DNA of 64,000 nt from Phoronis australis. Lineage: Eukaryota > Animalia > Phoronida. Numbering within the stretch: the stretch's first letter is position 1; every line of letters begins with the position of its first letter. The DNA lies in contig NMRA01000003.1 of NCBI GenBank assembly GCA_002633005.1, positions 1,361,587 through 1,425,586 of the forward strand, written 5' to 3'. The translations under genes were made by a program, and so were the position numbers. The notes under the pieces were generated by a model. It was not told the origin of the DNA. It made no database searches and worked only from the letters and a program-made list of their open reading frames with translations. Positions 61,277-64,000 of the stretch are shown piece by piece.

Positions 61277-63491
61277 AAAGTGAGATAGTCAGGAATTTGG
61301 TCTTACCCTCTCACTTCAGGATTACCGAATAAAGGCTAGACCGATTATCACACCATTCCCTAAAAACAATTTATGCAAATTTTCTCAGTAAGTAACAGTT
61401 ATGGGTTAAGCTACACAACATATAACTTACGTCTAAATGTTCTGGTTATCGCCACAATTACAATGTCAGAGATATTTTACCACTTTTTGGTACTACCGAA
61501 TGTCGCCAACTGCGGAACCTGAAGCTGTTTGTAGTAACTTCTATCCGTAGCAAAGACATGCGTTTGCAAAATGTTGTTTTCTCATTGTGCTACATAAGAT
61601 GTTAACATAATTATTAAGCTTTAACTTACCGCTCAAAATGTGTCAGGCTGTTCTCACAAATAATTTTCCACCTGTTATAAACGTTATTTGCTTTGAAAAA
61701 CGACTTTTACATATATATCGAACTTACGGACACGTTTCCTGGTTTACGCAATGCCGCTTGACACAATATCCTTATTAAGCAATCGTGTACACACCCCAAG
61801 ATTTTGCAATAGATTTCCCGCGAAATACGTAATCATTTATATATGCATAAATTGGATTGCTTAGGCAACCTGTATTTATGACAATGTACATACAAATTCA
61901 AGGAAAGTTAACCTCAAAACTCAATATTAAAGAATAGTGTCAACTGTGGAGTGACCGTAAGCCCACTTGTTCGCAAAAACTTGATGCGTTATGCGACGAT
62001 ATCTGTGGTGTTCGCGTTGACGTCGGAGGCTTGTCATTATCGGCTGCATCACTCTGCAGGCAACGTAATCAACTACACGCCACACATAAACATCAATGTC
62101 GCTCTTATTTTGTTATTCATCTGGCACTATATAATCTTATATGCCAGTATGTCCATGTAATGACGACGACAACGACGGCGGCGACTACGACAACGACAAC
62201 GATGGAGGCGACGACGGTGCCAACGACGATGATTAGTGTATGAGAGAATGCCTGCCAGAAGCCGTGCGCTGTCCAGTGACATTCGCCAATACAGTTAATG
62301 ACTTTAATCAAAATTAGTGGAAAGGAACAGAGAAACTCTCATTTAACCGCCATTTCTAATTCAATCAACTAAACGCCGACCAGATGGAGAGTAATGATAG
62401 ACAGTGACAGAGGTGACTAAAACTTTGCAAACATTACACAATACACTCGAATAAACCGTACTGAAAATGGTTGGGTCAAGTAGGAAACTGTTGAAGTTTA
62501 TAATCAGACCATGGAAAATTCATTTGAACTGTTCCCACTGTCAAGTGTTGACAAAAAGATATCTTTCTGTCGTTTGCTACAACAGAATAAGTTTGAAGGC
62601 TGAGCTAGATTAAAAGAACGTTATCGCGTTTTCGGCCAAAAACGCAGTTTTGAAATTATTAGTGGATGGCATAGACTTCTTGAAGTTACTAACTTGGACG
62701 AGAGGCATAAAGCAACAAAATGCGCTGCTTTTGTGACTCACAAATCACCTATTCTCAGGCTCACTGCTGGGGTGTCAGACATTCACTAATATTTACGGCT
62801 TTACCTGTAAATAATCAAAAAACTTCTGGGATCTCACGCAGCGACAGAGCGTTTAGCGGCTACCGTGAAGCTAGTAGTATTTTCTGTAAAATTTATTTTT
62901 CTCCCCGAGACTGTCCACTGTTTTGCTGCTTCGGTGCCGGATTTAGCTCGGCTAGCACGTGACGCTACGATCGCAAGCGTTGCACGTTCGATTCTGCGCT
63001 GAGGCCGTTTTAGAGAAAATCACTTTTCACACCAATAACGTCGCTTGAATGCAAGAACTCGTGGTTGACTTATTCATACTCGTATTCTTTTTACCATCCG
63101 TCATTTATGAAACAGGCCCATGGGATGGTAAAAGGAGTCTGGGTGGTGCACCAACGTTTGACCACGGTTCTAGCTTCCTTTCCTGCTAAAATGTTCACCT
63201 AGTTTGGTTTTCATCAGTAGAACATTTCATTTTTTATTTCTCAATTTCATCTTCTACCGTTAACTTGTGCATCCATAACCCCCCCCCCCCCCTGCCCCTC
63301 ATCGTCACTAACAGGTTGTCAACAGACCCATCTCCTCCCCTCTCCCCAATTCATCTTTCATCTGCACAATGCGTCGTGTGTTCATATGTTTCCTTCCTCT
63401 CGGCCATCTTCAATTCTCCCACAGAGATATTACCCAAGAAATGCCAGTGAAGCAAAATATTTTTTTTCTTGCATTAATTTTGAATTACTAA

Positions 63492-64000
63492 CATACCATT
63501 TACGGCCTTATCACCTTTACTGCTGCAAATCAGTATTTTCATTTTATCAACAAGAAAAACAATATGAAAACCATCCTTGTGAACACATATGAAGCAACTA
63601 AAAGGTATACATCAACTCCGTCTGAAATTTTGAATAGACTAAGATTACAGAACAACTCTCTTGGCAACGGAAGTCAAAAGGATGCCCATGAATTTTTACT
63701 ATGGTTACTGAACCAATGGCACGTAGACACACTTGCTCACAACGCTGATAATGTAACGTCTGAGGTTACTAGTACCTTCCAACACGTAAGGAAGCAAACT
63801 TGGAGTTGTAATAACTGCTCAACAACAAAGGAAAAAACACAGATAGACTGGGAGTTGACCGTCTACCTCCCAACGCTAAGGAAAGAAATAACTATGCAGG
63901 AGTTGTGGCACAGCTTGTGGACGTCGTTGGACATCGAGGACTTTAGTTGCCCACACTGTAATAGTCTCAGTGGCCAGCTCACATGGTCATTAGTAAAACC
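63492..64000 (+). CDS. Intronless ubiquitin-specific protease (USP, peptidase C19)-like ORF, open to the window end; Cys box apparently disrupted (possible pseudogene or TE cargo)
   Basis: Open frame after TAA at 63489-63491 (ATG at 63564): TSTPSEILNRLRLQNNSLGNGSQKDAHEFLLWLLNQW...STFQHVRKQTWSCNNCSTTKEK...ELTVYLP...DIEDFSCPHC. It has a Q.DAHEFL box and two CxxC motifs. It is absent from the supplied ORF track because it has no stop in the window. Confidence 0.75.

Larger units (their letters stand above)
42470..62600. repeat. Segmental tandem duplication, copy B (expanded about two-fold by insertions)
   Basis: Colinear with 29470-39430, interrupted by copy-specific insertions. Confidence 0.88.

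Overview
AT-rich animal genomic DNA with GT-AG spliceosomal introns. A marine invertebrate, probably a lophotrochozoan, is my inference; there are no prokaryotic operons or CRISPR arrays. Left to right: (1) the 5' part of a tepsin (AP-4 accessory, ENTH-domain) gene on the minus strand, running off the left edge, with a Penelope-like fragment in an intron. (2) A small-Maf bZIP gene (minus) with a perfect T-MARE and a second near-perfect MARE upstream of its first coding exon. (3) A divergently oriented 9-exon gene (plus, about 270 aa) whose C-terminal half carries GARALAKH...GYGARW..DG..F.GFLEP, a motif resembling the C-terminus of plant ASCH-domain proteins and bacterial Rhs/CdiA-type toxin tips. 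(4) Two tandem, both intact, 7-exon paralogues (minus) encoding a secreted protein with three 6-Cys modules and a C-terminal CBM14-like domain; the copies differ mainly by later transposon insertions. (5) Between the copies, an internally deleted Kolobok transposon with THAP/transposase and convergent KolX (P2X7-ballast-like) remnants. (6) An intronless USP-like ORF running off the right edge. Exon models were built by hand and checked for reading-frame continuity. All family assignments come from motif recognition, not database searches.
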